Of a stretch of DNA of 64,000 nucleotides, positions 46,865 through 56,486 are shown in pieces (within the stretch, counting starts at the first letter, position 1; every line of letters begins with the position of its first letter). This DNA is from a bacterium. Lineage in GTDB: Bacteria; Patescibacteriota; Saccharimonadia; Saccharimonadales; SZUA-47. The stretch is from assembly GCA_030427445.1 (NCBI GenBank), contig JAUIBQ010000002.1:101-64100 (forward strand), read 5' to 3'. The notes beneath the pieces are model-generated. The model had not been told where the DNA came from. It made no database searches and saw only the letters and a list, made by a program, of their open reading frames with translations. The position numbers were made by a program, and so were the translations under genes.

Positions 46865-46890
46865 AAAAACCCGGTTGTTACGCCGGGTTT
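46865..46890 (-). terminator. intrinsic terminator after the pilin array
   Basis: aaacccgg...ccgggttt with a T-run on the minus strand. Confidence 0.6.
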
Positions 46891-46914
46891 AGTTCGCTAA
46901 TCGTATATAACCAA

Positions 46915-47343
46915 CTAGACGACGTTATCAACGCTGTTCGCTGTACCGAGTACGAATCGAACGATAACTTGCGCTAACGCAACTACTACAAGGCCGATAA
47001 CCGCATAAAGGATGGTGTTCTTAGCACCAGATACGCTGTCTGATGAACCTTGGGAAGTGATGTATTTCACGCCACCTACCATAATCATGACAACAGAAAT
47101 GATACCAATAATCCACGAGAATAGGTTAATCGCATCAATAACTAGTTGGTTAACATTGTTTCGACCTGCGTCAGTCGCTGTGCCACCGCTACAGGTAGCA
47201 TTAAGATTGAGCTGAGACCCTTTACAAAGTCCTTCTTCTGTATTGTTCTGAGCTACAGCAACTGTCACAGGCACAAGTGGTGCGCCGAAGGTAGCAAGGC
47301 TCAAAATCGCGGTCATCATAAATGTTTTAATTTTTTGGATCAT
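46915..47343 (-). CDS. TrbC/VirB2-like pilin 1
   Basis: Signal peptide, Cys pair, TM-GG.KYITSQG...AKNTILYA.IGL-TM. Confidence 0.8.
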   Translation of the reverse strand: MIQKIKTFMMTAILSLATFGAPLVPVTVAVAQNNTEEGLCKGSQLNLNATCSGGTATDAGRNNVNQLVIDAINLFSWIIGIISVVMIMVGGVKYITSQGSSDSVSGAKNTILYAVIGLVVVALAQVIVRFVLGTANSVDNVV

Positions 47344-47439
47344 TATTATTTTCTCCTTTTATTAGAAAATACCTACATTTTCATGTGTTTACGCACTTAA
47401 GTGTATCTGGTTTTATGAAAAAATTCTAGTGTTTTAGCT

Positions 47440-47886
47440 TCAAGAATTAGCAATGTCTGCAGTAGTGCCGAGTACAAAGCGTACTATCAGTTGTGCTAGT
47501 GCTACTACTACGAGGCCGATGATAGCGTAGAGAATGGTGTTTTTCGCTGCAGTGACATTGCCTGAATCACCCTGAGAAGTGATGTACTTCACACCACCAA
47601 CCATGATCATAACGACTGCGATAATGCCAATCACAAGAGAGAAAAGGTCTATTGCGGTCGCGATAAGTTCTGAAATTTGCTCTTCAGCTATACCAAAATC
47701 TGAACCACAGTCCACAGCGTCTTCGTCTATGTTCGCACCTCGACATAAATTTTCTTGAATGTCCTGCGCTCCGACTTGCGGTGAAAGAAACGGCACAAAT
47801 AGTAGTCCTGTGACCATTAGCACCACAGCCGGGAAGTGTACAATCTTTGATGCGAGAAGCGCGAGTGAATGTGATGAATTAAACAT
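47440..47886 (-). CDS. TrbC/VirB2-like pilin 2
   Basis: GGVKYITSQGD.GNV..AKNTILYAIIGL. Confidence 0.8.
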   Translation of the reverse strand: MFNSSHSLALLASKIVHFPAVVLMVTGLLFVPFLSPQVGAQDIQENLCRGANIDEDAVDCGSDFGIAEEQISELIATAIDLFSLVIGIIAVVMIMVGGVKYITSQGDSGNVTAAKNTILYAIIGLVVVALAQLIVRFVLGTTADIANS

Positions 47887-47904
47887 ACTAACCTTTCAAT
47901 TACT

Positions 47905-48312
47905 TTATGCAAAGAATCCGAGGACGAAGCGAACAATGAGCTGTGCAAGTGCGACGACGACGATTCCGATTGCTGCGTATATGATAGCATTCTTTGCTTG
48001 AGAAACCTTCTGTGAGTCTCCTTGAGAGGTGATGTAGCGTAAGCCTGCCAGCATAATCATCAATACTGCGATAATGCCAGCGACAAAAGAAAGTAGGTTT
48101 AGTGCTGATTCAAGTCCATTATCAATAGTTACGTCGTCTGTGTCATCGGTGCATGAAGCATTATTGTCGATAACTCCAAGTGATTCACATGCAGCATCTG
48201 AAGAGTTATTTTGAGCATGTACCAGTTGCGCCGGAAAGAAAAGACTGAATAAAAAGACACCTGTGATAAGAAGCTTGCTAACTGAAGTTAATTTTCTCGT
48301 CATATCGTACAT
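47905..48312 (-). CDS. TrbC/VirB2-like pilin 3
   Basis: AGLRYITSQGDSQKV..AKNAIIYAAIG. Confidence 0.8.
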   Translation of the reverse strand: MYDMTRKLTSVSKLLITGVFLFSLFFPAQLVHAQNNSSDAACESLGVIDNNASCTDDTDDVTIDNGLESALNLLSFVAGIIAVLMIMLAGLRYITSQGDSQKVSQAKNAIIYAAIGIVVVALAQLIVRFVLGFFA

Positions 48313-48322
48313 TATAAAACCC

Positions 48323-48727
48323 TTAGTTTATTAGCTCTCCAATAACAACTGAGACGATGGCTTGAGCAAACAGGACAATCACGATACCTATTACAGCATA
48401 TATCATGAGGTTTCTTGCACTGTTAAACTTCTGTGGATCGCCGTCAGACGTCATCATCTGGACACCACCAACAATAATTATAATAACTGCAATAATACCT
48501 GCCACGATTGAGAGGATATTGAAAACACTTCTAAATAAACCGTCCTCACCACTAACGGGGTCTTCTGTGCTCTGTAAATCTTGGCATATCGGTGAACTAG
48601 ATGAGTCATTTCGACACACTTCGTTGATAGCATTACTTTGTGCACCGACCAAGGTAGGCGATAAAGAAATCAGGATAACGAATAGCAAAGCCAGAGTCGA
48701 TAGAGATGTTTTTATGCTCGTTATCAT
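48323..48727 (-). CDS. TrbC/VirB2-like pilin 4
   Basis: GG.QMMTSDGDPQK...ARN..IYAVIG. Confidence 0.8.
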   Translation of the reverse strand: MITSIKTSLSTLALLFVILISLSPTLVGAQSNAINEVCRNDSSSSPICQDLQSTEDPVSGEDGLFRSVFNILSIVAGIIAVIIIIVGGVQMMTSDGDPQKFNSARNLMIYAVIGIVIVLFAQAIVSVVIGELIN

Positions 48728-49014
48728 AGTGCCCCCGCAACAAATCTTATAATTGAAGTTGCAAGTGCAGCAATGATAATTCCGACTATTGCGTATATGA
48801 TTGTATTTCTTGCATTTTTTGTTTTCTGTGGATCACCTTGTGAAGTTATGAAATTAATGCCAGCAACAATAATAACTACAGTCGCAACAGCAACCACCAA
48901 GATAAATACCCACCCCATTATGGTGTCTAAGCCTGCTTCCTGATTTTCATTTTTAGGCAAACCAGTAAGGTCGTCTGGGTTGATATTAATCTGAGAAAGC
49001 TTGTGAAAATACAT
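48724..49014 (-). CDS. TrbC/VirB2-like pilin 5 (no obvious signal peptide)
   Basis: AGINFITSQGDPQK..NARNTIIYAIVG. Confidence 0.78.
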   Translation of the reverse strand: MYFHKLSQININPDDLTGLPKNENQEAGLDTIMGWVFILVVAVATVVIIVAGINFITSQGDPQKTKNARNTIIYAIVGIIIAALATSIIRFVAGAL

Positions 49015-49015
49015 A

Positions 49016-49468
49016 TTACCCTCCCAGAGTCCTTCCTACATATGCAACAATTTGTGATGCAATAAGCACTATAGCGAAACCAATAGCAGCGTTTATAACT
49101 GTTTGGCGCGCTTTTGTAGCGTTGTCAGGATTGCCTTGAGATGTAATAAACTTAAACGAACCCCAGAAAATCATAACTAATGCTACGAATGTTGACGCCT
49201 TTAATAACCCTTCAAGGATGGTGATGCCTATCACTAAAGAAGTATTGACTTGCTCTTCTTCGTCGCCGTCACCTAAAGAAGGCTGACAATCCCCCTCTTC
49301 ACTTTCTGGTAAATAGTTATACCATGCAGGTATAGTGAGAAAGCTGTCTTGACACCTCACCGGTAGAGCATGGGCTTTCTGGGGAGCGGCATTGCTAGCG
49401 ATAGCCAATGCACTAAAAATAACTATCAAACTAACTGTCATCTTTAAAAATATAGTCTGCAGCTTCAT
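49016..49468 (-). CDS. TrbC/VirB2-like pilin 6
   Basis: C...FL.IPAWY.YL; FKFITSQGNPD...KARQTVINAAIG; start set at MKLQT. Confidence 0.78.
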   Translation of the reverse strand: MKLQTIFLKMTVSLIVIFSALAIASNAAPQKAHALPVRCQDSFLTIPAWYNYLPESEEGDCQPSLGDGDEEEQVNTSLVIGITILEGLLKASTFVALVMIFWGSFKFITSQGNPDNATKARQTVINAAIGFAIVLIASQIVAYVGRTLGG

Positions 49469-49508
49469 TACAAATATCATATACCATTTATTAGCCAAAG
49501 ACCAAAGC

Positions 49509-50057
49509 CTAGAGCACTCCTCCTGGCACGAGGAAATTAAGTAAACCATACCCAAACACGAATAGTGCTAGTGCAACCAGAGCCCAAACGATACGTTTTT
49601 TAGCTGCAGCAACCGCCGCCGGATTATCGCGAGCCGACATATATTGATATCCAGCAAACATGACTGACGCGACTATCGCCATAATGGCTAAGGCAGACAA
49701 AAAGTTAATCGCAATTACTAGATAGTTAATGATCGTACAATTGTCTTTACTAAGAGCTACACCATTACCTGGCTCACAGTTATTTGGATCTGAGGCGTCA
49801 AAACCACTTACACCTTCTGTTTCGCTAACACACGCTCCATCTATAGAGCTAGTCCCGATTTGGCACTGACAATACTCTGCTGTAACTGCTCTTCCAGCAA
49901 CTACTTCTGTTTCTGTAGTCCATGTACCACCAGACGCTTTGCATGCTTCTTCATCAGCAGAGACTGTGGGTGGTGCTACAAAAAACAGAAAAACACCTGT
50001 TGCTAGAATCGCGACTATGAGTGAGTTGATTATATAAATTTTTATTTGATTAAGCAT
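49509..50057 (-). CDS. TrbC/VirB2-like pilin 7 with Cys-rich N-terminal domain
   Basis: AGYQYMSARDNP...AAAKKRI; LNFLVPGG end; start set at MLNQIK. Confidence 0.75.
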   Translation of the reverse strand: MLNQIKIYIINSLIVAILATGVFLFFVAPPTVSADEEACKASGGTWTTETEVVAGRAVTAEYCQCQIGTSSIDGACVSETEGVSGFDASDPNNCEPGNGVALSKDNCTIINYLVIAINFLSALAIMAIVASVMFAGYQYMSARDNPAAVAAAKKRIVWALVALALFVFGYGLLNFLVPGGVL

Positions 50058-50188
50058 TTTATTACCTTTATATTTTATAGTATACAAACATTTAATACTA
50101 TGTACAAAAATAGTATTTGTGTACATAGTACTTACGTTTTTAATATCAATGGTTTATTGGTATAATTTTACTAATTCAAGGGGGCATC

Positions 50189-50821
50189 TTGGGCAAGGCA
50201 TTTATAATCAAATTCATCACTATATCAGTAGTGCTAGCATTACTAGTATTCGTGGGCACTATAGTATATAGATTTTTTTTCGATAAGGTGATGATTAATG
50301 AAAATAGCCTTGTTGTTACATCAAACAACAACGTAGAGTACATGACTCCAGACAACTGGAATGAACTTTACACGGGATCTACTGACTTAACCGTCGCGTA
50401 CTCGCCTAAGGAAGAGGATAGTTTAGAAAGCGCAGATGATATCCTAGGTTTTAGAGTAGAAAATAAAGCACCGACAAATTTTAGTTATACCAATCTCACT
50501 TCAAATGAAAAACAAATTGCAGAGACAAACCTAATAAATGACTACACTGATCCTGATTTTTTTGAGTATATATGTTCTGATCCCAGCAATATTTCCGCTA
50601 CGAAAGATGTACAAACTCTGGAGAATTTTGATTTGTCGTTTAGTATTAGCATGGACTGCAACAGAGAGTCTGAAAATGGAGTTTTGCCAAGTAAAATAAA
50701 TGCTGTTGCAGGAATAAAAGCTGGGACTGAGTACATTTTGTTTTATAGTGTAAGCGAAAAAACATATAAGAATAACGAGGTAGTTCTGGCAAAGATACTA
50801 AATTCGCTTAGCTACTTATAG
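50189..50821 (+). CDS. hypothetical membrane-anchored protein
   Basis: N-terminal TM, P.NW motif; first gene of the T4SS-like operon. Confidence 0.6.
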   Translation: MGKAFIIKFITISVVLALLVFVGTIVYRFFFDKVMINENSLVVTSNNNVEYMTPDNWNELYTGSTDLTVAYSPKEEDSLESADDILGFRVENKAPTNFSYTNLTSNEKQIAETNLINDYTDPDFFEYICSDPSNISATKDVQTLENFDLSFSISMDCNRESENGVLPSKINAVAGIKAGTEYILFYSVSEKTYKNNEVVLAKILNSLSYL

Positions 50822-50878
50822 ATACCTCTTATACCGATATGCCCTTAGTTAATAATATGCTAGTATTCACTCATAGAA

Positions 50879-53800
50879 ATGCAAAGAAATAAAAGCAAAG
50901 CCATCATCTTAAATAAAATTCGAGCACAACAATTGTTTGTAGTTGCTTATTTCATGATACTACTTATAAACATGCTCGGTTTGTTTAACGTAGGTCAGGT
51001 TAGGGCTGCTCCTTTCTATGAAAACATACAGACAGACTACACAGTGTACAACCTTCTAGTGGGCTTTTCTTACAGTTGTGGTGTTGATGGAGGCGATGAC
51101 AGAAGGATGAGTCTCGACGACATGAATGATGTCTACGATAACGACGAAGGCAACGACAACGCAGGATATGACGGAAACAATTATGAGTCAGATCCTGGTA
51201 AGAGAATAAACTTGGGCTTATCTACAAGTGGTTTTGGTGTCATTGATGGTATGGCAAGTTGTGACGAGATAGCGACAGAAGCAGTCACCAGAATTATGGA
51301 TTATTATGAAATTGACAATGACAGGCCAACTGATGCAGATGAAGCAAAATCATACATAATTAACTTCTTATCAGTGAGCGCAGGTGACACCAAGGAAGAC
51401 ATGATTGAGTACATTGAAAGTCTTGAAGGTGATGGACTAAAAGACGTCCTGGGAATCAACAGCACTATAGAACTAAGAAGTAATGCGTGGCGCAATTTTG
51501 TAGATACCATTACTGAACCGATGTTTGAAGAAATTGGTCAGAGCTTAGTCGATAACGTAACTGAGATTGACCTCGCTAACTGGATCGCACCAGCCTTAAA
51601 CTACTGCTTAGACTGGTCCGACACAGCACCTCAAAATAACGACGATATACGAATTGATTTATCTAGTACGGCTGGACTATATGGGTTTACTCCGGTAGAT
51701 GGCTATAGCGAAAGTAGGATGAGTGAAGTATTTTCTTCTTTTGATAAAGGAAGCGACGGAAAACTATTTGCAGGAAAATCTTGGGCTAGTATCGCTGATG
51801 GAGAGTTTTATTTTCTGTTTAGAGATTATGCTCGTTACCCATCTGAAAATAGTGGCGCTTTTCATGACGCCTATGAGGCATTTATAGATACAACAACAGC
51901 ATATCTTAGTGGAGGGTGGAGTTTGGTAGTGGGTCCTGACGACTCTGAAGAAGGGTATTTTTATCCTTTCGGTTATTCAAGTGAACTATTCTTTGACGAT
52001 GTACCTAGTGCTCGTTCACATAATGAAGGCTTCCGAAGAGGCGGTTTACTATCTTGCCAAAATATTGAGGAAAATGTTAGCAAGTTTGACGATGGTATGG
52101 AGGGAAAAGGAGACGGTAGAAACATTCAGGCTAAAGCACCTACCGCAGGTACGGGTGTGCCCCAGAATACAACTGGCAATGGAGGCGAAGCTGTCGCTGC
52201 TCAACCAAGCTGTGAGTCTCAAGGAGGAGCATTTAGTTTTATCCTTTGTCCAGCACTGGAGGCTATGGGAGACGGGTTTGTCTGGTTCGATCAGAGAATC
52301 GAAGATGCTCTTGTGGTTAATACTTCATATATTACAAACGACGGGACTCGCGATGCATGGAACAATTTTAGAAATATTGCCTATATATTACTTATTCCGA
52401 TAATGCTCGTGATGGTTATTGGCACAGCATTGAATTTCAATTTCCTAGATGCTTACACAGTCAAGCGTGCTCTTCCACGCTTATTTGCAGCGGTAATCTT
52501 TATAACACTTTCCTACAGTATCTGCCTCTTGATGATTGAGGTCACCAATGTCATAGGTGCAGGCACTAGAGGTCTAATATCCTCACCATTTGGCGGAACA
52601 GAAGCGTTAAGTCTAGAAAATATATTTAACCCTCCTGGGGCAGGCGGTACAGCTTTATATGGGTTAGCAATATTTGGTGGTATCGGCATAGCTGCGCTGT
52701 CGGGTGTGACCATTGGCTCATTGTTTGTCACAGTTGCGCTGGGGGCATTGGCGCTTTTGATAGTTTTTGTACTTTTGTATCTTCGCGAACTACTTATCAC
52801 TTTACTTGTCATTCTCGCACCACTCGCAATTGTTGCATGGATTTTTCCTGGCAATGATAAACCTTGGAAGTTTTGGTGGCAGGCATTTTCAAAAATGCTG
52901 TACTTTTTCCCGGTGGTCATCGCAGTAATAACATTCGGTAAGGCTTTTGCTTCAATCGTAGATGTGGTTGCTGGTGAAGACGGAAACGTCATAACAACCA
53001 TGATAAAAATAGTTGCATATGTAGGCCCATACTTCTTTATTCCGAAACTCTTTACTATGGCGGGTGGTGCATTGGGTAATATAGCTGGTATGGTGAACGA
53101 CAGAAGTAAAGGTGTCTTTGACAGAGGGCGTAAGGCTCGCGAAGGAATGAAAGCAAACCAGAGACAACAAATTAAGGCTGGCGGTGGAGGAGTTTTTGGG
53201 GTCGGAAAGAATAGTAGAATCGGAAAAGGTTTTGGGTCTATGGGAGCGGGTGCATACGGTATAGGTAAGTCTCTTTCTGATAACGGTGTCGCTGGATTAA
53301 GTAGAGGAAATATCACAGCAGCACGACGAGCAAACGAAGCTATTCATGGTAAAAAGATGCTTGACGATGATCATGATATGGGTGTATGGGATGGAAATGA
53401 TACTGTTTCGGGTATCAGCTCTGATTTAATGACGGGTAATGTCACTGGTTTAGCTCTACAACTGTCGAGAGCTCATGGCTTAAGCGAGAGTGATGCCATG
53501 GCGGAGGCTCGAGGAATGGTATCACAGTTTAGAAGAAACTCAGGACAGGGACTTGAGAATGCATTTTCTCGTATTGGCGGTATGGAAGGTGCCGAACTAC
53601 GAACTGCTGTTGCACAAGTCCAAACAGCTAGAGGAAAGTACTCTGACGATATTTTATCAAGACATCTTGTTGAAAAAGCAATGGCAGGAGGAACTTACTA
53701 TAAAAACTCTGGTGAAGCTTGGCATGCAGCAGGTCTTGCAACAGAAGGCAACGAAAATGCTGTTGCCTCAATGAACGTGACGGGCAGAAAAGCTCTTATT

Positions 53801-54412
53801 GGTGCGGGACAAATTATAGATGGGGGTGCGGGATTTGGCACAACAAGAGGGGAGATGCTAACTGCTGCCTCTGCTGGAGGGGAGAGGAGTTTCGATGAAA
53901 TATCTCAGTCACAGCGCAGGTACGAAACTGCAGCAATGGAGTCAAAGTCTATGCAATCTCTCCTACATGAACAAATGAAGGCTGGCAACTACGACAAAGT
54001 TGCGAGCTTCTTGCGAACGAATATATCTGAAGCCTATGAGTCAGGCGATCAGAGACGTATTGAACAGGCTGTTGCTGTTGCAGAGCAGGCGCATGTGATA
54101 GCAAAAAACGCTAGTCCAGCAGCAGACAGAGCAGTGTCTGAAGTCATGGACATGCCAGTTTATGTAGGCATGTCGTCCGCTAATGCAAACAGCCCATTCA
54201 ATCGGGACCCTACGGGAAGACGCATATTGTCCGCTCAGGAACGTGATGCACCAACAGTAAGGCAAGAAACTCATCGTCTGGGTAGAGATTCTGGTACATA
54301 CCAAGACATTCAAAGACAATATACAGAGGCCGAATATCAAGGTCAATCTCAAATTATGGGAAGAACCCCTGATGTAGGAGCAAGTACACCAGGACCCACT
54401 GAAGGACTTTAA
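50879..54412 (+). CDS. VirB6-like polytopic membrane protein with long N- and C-terminal extensions
   Basis: Central multi-TM block (W..FRNIAY, KRALPRL, RELL...L.ILAPLA...W..PG....WK.W); position before prgI and virB4. Confidence 0.75.
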   Translation: MQRNKSKAIILNKIRAQQLFVVAYFMILLINMLGLFNVGQVRAAPFYENIQTDYTVYNLLVGFSYSCGVDGGDDRRMSLDDMNDVYDNDEGNDNAGYDGNNYESDPGKRINLGLSTSGFGVIDGMASCDEIATEAVTRIMDYYEIDNDRPTDADEAKSYIINFLSVSAGDTKEDMIEYIESLEGDGLKDVLGINSTIELRSNAWRNFVDTITEPMFEEIGQSLVDNVTEIDLANWIAPALNYCLDWSDTAPQNNDDIRIDLSSTAGLYGFTPVDGYSESRMSEVFSSFDKGSDGKLFAGKSWASIADGEFYFLFRDYARYPSENSGAFHDAYEAFIDTTTAYLSGGWSLVVGPDDSEEGYFYPFGYSSELFFDDVPSARSHNEGFRRGGLLSCQNIEENVSKFDDGMEGKGDGRNIQAKAPTAGTGVPQNTTGNGGEAVAAQPSCESQGGAFSFILCPALEAMGDGFVWFDQRIEDALVVNTSYITNDGTRDAWNNFRNIAYILLIPIMLVMVIGTALNFNFLDAYTVKRALPRLFAAVIFITLSYSICLLMIEVTNVIGAGTRGLISSPFGGTEALSLENIFNPPGAGGTALYGLAIFGGIGIAALSGVTIGSLFVTVALGALALLIVFVLLYLRELLITLLVILAPLAIVAWIFPGNDKPWKFWWQAFSKMLYFFPVVIAVITFGKAFASIVDVVAGEDGNVITTMIKIVAYVGPYFFIPKLFTMAGGALGNIAGMVNDRSKGVFDRGRKAREGMKANQRQQIKAGGGGVFGVGKNSRIGKGFGSMGAGAYGIGKSLSDNGVAGLSRGNITAARRANEAIHGKKMLDDDHDMGVWDGNDTVSGISSDLMTGNVTGLALQLSRAHGLSESDAMAEARGMVSQFRRNSGQGLENAFSRIGGMEGAELRTAVAQVQTARGKYSDDILSRHLVEKAMAGGTYYKNSGEAWHAAGLATEGNENAVASMNVTGRKALIGAGQIIDGGAGFGTTRGEMLTAASAGGERSFDEISQSQRRYETAAMESKSMQSLLHEQMKAGNYDKVASFLRTNISEAYESGDQRRIEQAVAVAEQAHVIAKNASPAADRAVSEVMDMPVYVGMSSANANSPFNRDPTGRRILSAQERDAPTVRQETHRLGRDSGTYQDIQRQYTEAEYQGQSQIMGRTPDVGASTPGPTEGL

Positions 54413-54449
54413 GGAAAATTACGTAAAACTGTTATAATACTAGTGTTTT

Positions 54450-55607
54450 ATGGCCGTTTATAAAGTACCACAAGATGTCGAGGCAGAGGACAAGTTTTTA
54501 GGTCCTTTGACGTTCAAGCAGTTTCTCTTTTTCGGAGGAGTGTTAATCTTTGGATACATCACATTTCTTACAGCAACTAAGGTGGTGTTTCTTGCTCCGG
54601 TTTTCGCTATCCCTACGCTCGTTTTTGCCGTGCTTGCGACACCCTGGAGCAAAGACCAGCCGACGGAAGTGTTCTTAGGTGCTCGCTTCCGGTTTTTCTT
54701 CAAACCACGCAAGCGTATCTGGGACCAGACAGGCATCAAAGACTTAGTCAAAATCACCGTGCCAAAACGTGAAGCTCATGTGTATTCAGACGGCCTCTCA
54801 CAAGGTGAGGTGAGAAAACGCTTTGGTGCGTTAGCAACGATGGTAGACAGCCGTGGCTGGGCTGTAAAGAGCGTTCCGGGACTTTCACAAGTCAACGTAG
54901 CAGAGCAGAGTGACCGACTTGTCGAAGCTCCTCAGCAAGCTCCAAGTCAAAACGAAGCGATTTTAGCGCAGACTGAAGATGTGCTTGATGAAGACACCGG
55001 TGTCGTCGGAAAAAGTCTCGACAACATGATCGCTCAGTCAGAGCAAAAACATAAAAGTGAAACTCTGAAAATGATTCAACAAGCCCGTCAGGGTGGTGGG
55101 GGAGATACGAGTGCACCTAGCTTAAGCCCAGCACAAAAAAATAACACTGCCAAACCTAAAGCTGACCAGAACTCTCAAGATTTCTGGTTTATGCATCAGC
55201 AAAACGGCCAGGGTGGGCAAGCAGCCCCAGACCCTTCGCTCGCAACATTTAGCAACTCAACTGTTGTGTCTCCTGGAAGCACCACTCAACAAACCACAAC
55301 TCAGTCTGTTAAAGACGACCCCGTAGATGAGCAAGCAGTGTTGGATAAAATCCACGAAAAAGAGCGTAGAGACGCACTGCAGACACATTCACATCATGGC
55401 AAAGTAGTAAACCCGGACGGCACTGTACCTCAACAAAACGAAAGCCAAACAACAGAAGAAAAAAAGGATAAGCAAAACGTGACTACTCCTGTTAATCCTG
55501 ATATACTGAACCTAGCATCTAACAGAGATTTGAACGTTGCTACGATCCAGAGGCAAGCGAATAAAAAAGACGACGGCCAAGACGAAGTCGTGATTTCGCT
55601 TCACTAG
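54450..55607 (+). CDS. PrgI family protein (VirB3-like)
   Basis: YKVPQDVEAEDK.LGPLTFKQF, two TMs, DQPTE, KPR.RIW. Confidence 0.85.
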   Translation: MAVYKVPQDVEAEDKFLGPLTFKQFLFFGGVLIFGYITFLTATKVVFLAPVFAIPTLVFAVLATPWSKDQPTEVFLGARFRFFFKPRKRIWDQTGIKDLVKITVPKREAHVYSDGLSQGEVRKRFGALATMVDSRGWAVKSVPGLSQVNVAEQSDRLVEAPQQAPSQNEAILAQTEDVLDEDTGVVGKSLDNMIAQSEQKHKSETLKMIQQARQGGGGDTSAPSLSPAQKNNTAKPKADQNSQDFWFMHQQNGQGGQAAPDPSLATFSNSTVVSPGSTTQQTTTQSVKDDPVDEQAVLDKIHEKERRDALQTHSHHGKVVNPDGTVPQQNESQTTEEKKDKQNVTTPVNPDILNLASNRDLNVATIQRQANKKDDGQDEVVISLH

Positions 55608-55677
55608 TATCAAAACTGATTCAAACGTTAGAATCAGTTTTGAAGTAAGGGTGGGAGACCAGTAAATACACGAAAAT

Positions 55678-56484
55678 ATGCAGCCGCAAAACCAATATCC
55701 TAATCAACCTGCTGGCATGCCTGGAAACCCAGGTCAGCCTGTTGCTCAGTCGCCAAAAACCAACCCAAATAGCACACAAAACACGTTGCAGATTGCAGAA
55801 ATCCGTGACGGAATCGTCATCATGAATGACGGTAGTTTCCGAGCTGTAGTCGCGTGTCAGAGCATCAACTTTGACCTCATGAGTCCTGAAGAGCGTGAGG
55901 CTGTTGAGTACAGTTATCAAGGATTTTTAAACTCGCTTTATTTTCCAGTACAAATATTTGTCAGAAGTCAGAAAGTAGATATCCGACCATACATTGAAAA
56001 GTTGGACAAAATCCGCTCAGAGCATGACAACATGCTTTTAGCACTTTTAATGGAGGACTACATTGGCTTTATGTCTTCACTCGCACAAGAAACAAACATT
56101 ATGGATAAAAAATTCTATGTTGTCATCCCGTATTTCAAGTCAGTAGACGGTCAACAGCTAGTAGAGCAGAGTAAGGGCTTTTTCCAGAGTTTTATGGGTA
56201 AAAAAGAGGAAAAGGTTGTGATCAACGAGCAAGACCTTGAAAAAGGTAAGGCAGAGCTTAGGAATCGCATCCAGGCAATTATGGCCGGACTCCAGCAATG
56301 TGGAGTGCAGTCCGTACCTCTTGATACACAAGAATTGATTGAACTTTACTACGATGCGTATAACCCAGATACTGCGACACGCCAGCAGATTACACGATTT
56401 GACGGCATGCTCAACACTGACGTCATCGAAAAAGGGCAGGGCGATGCAGCTCAACCGCAACTAGATAAGGAATTGGGTAGTTAG
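55678..56484 (+). CDS. T4SS-associated protein resembling a VirB4 N-terminal region
   Basis: STQ..L.IAEIRDG, SINF.LMS..E, FLNSL.FP.QI, L.TQELIELYY..YNP. Confidence 0.75.
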   Translation: MQPQNQYPNQPAGMPGNPGQPVAQSPKTNPNSTQNTLQIAEIRDGIVIMNDGSFRAVVACQSINFDLMSPEEREAVEYSYQGFLNSLYFPVQIFVRSQKVDIRPYIEKLDKIRSEHDNMLLALLMEDYIGFMSSLAQETNIMDKKFYVVIPYFKSVDGQQLVEQSKGFFQSFMGKKEEKVVINEQDLEKGKAELRNRIQAIMAGLQQCGVQSVPLDTQELIELYYDAYNPDTATRQQITRFDGMLNTDVIEKGQGDAAQPQLDKELGS

Positions 56485-56486
56485 TC

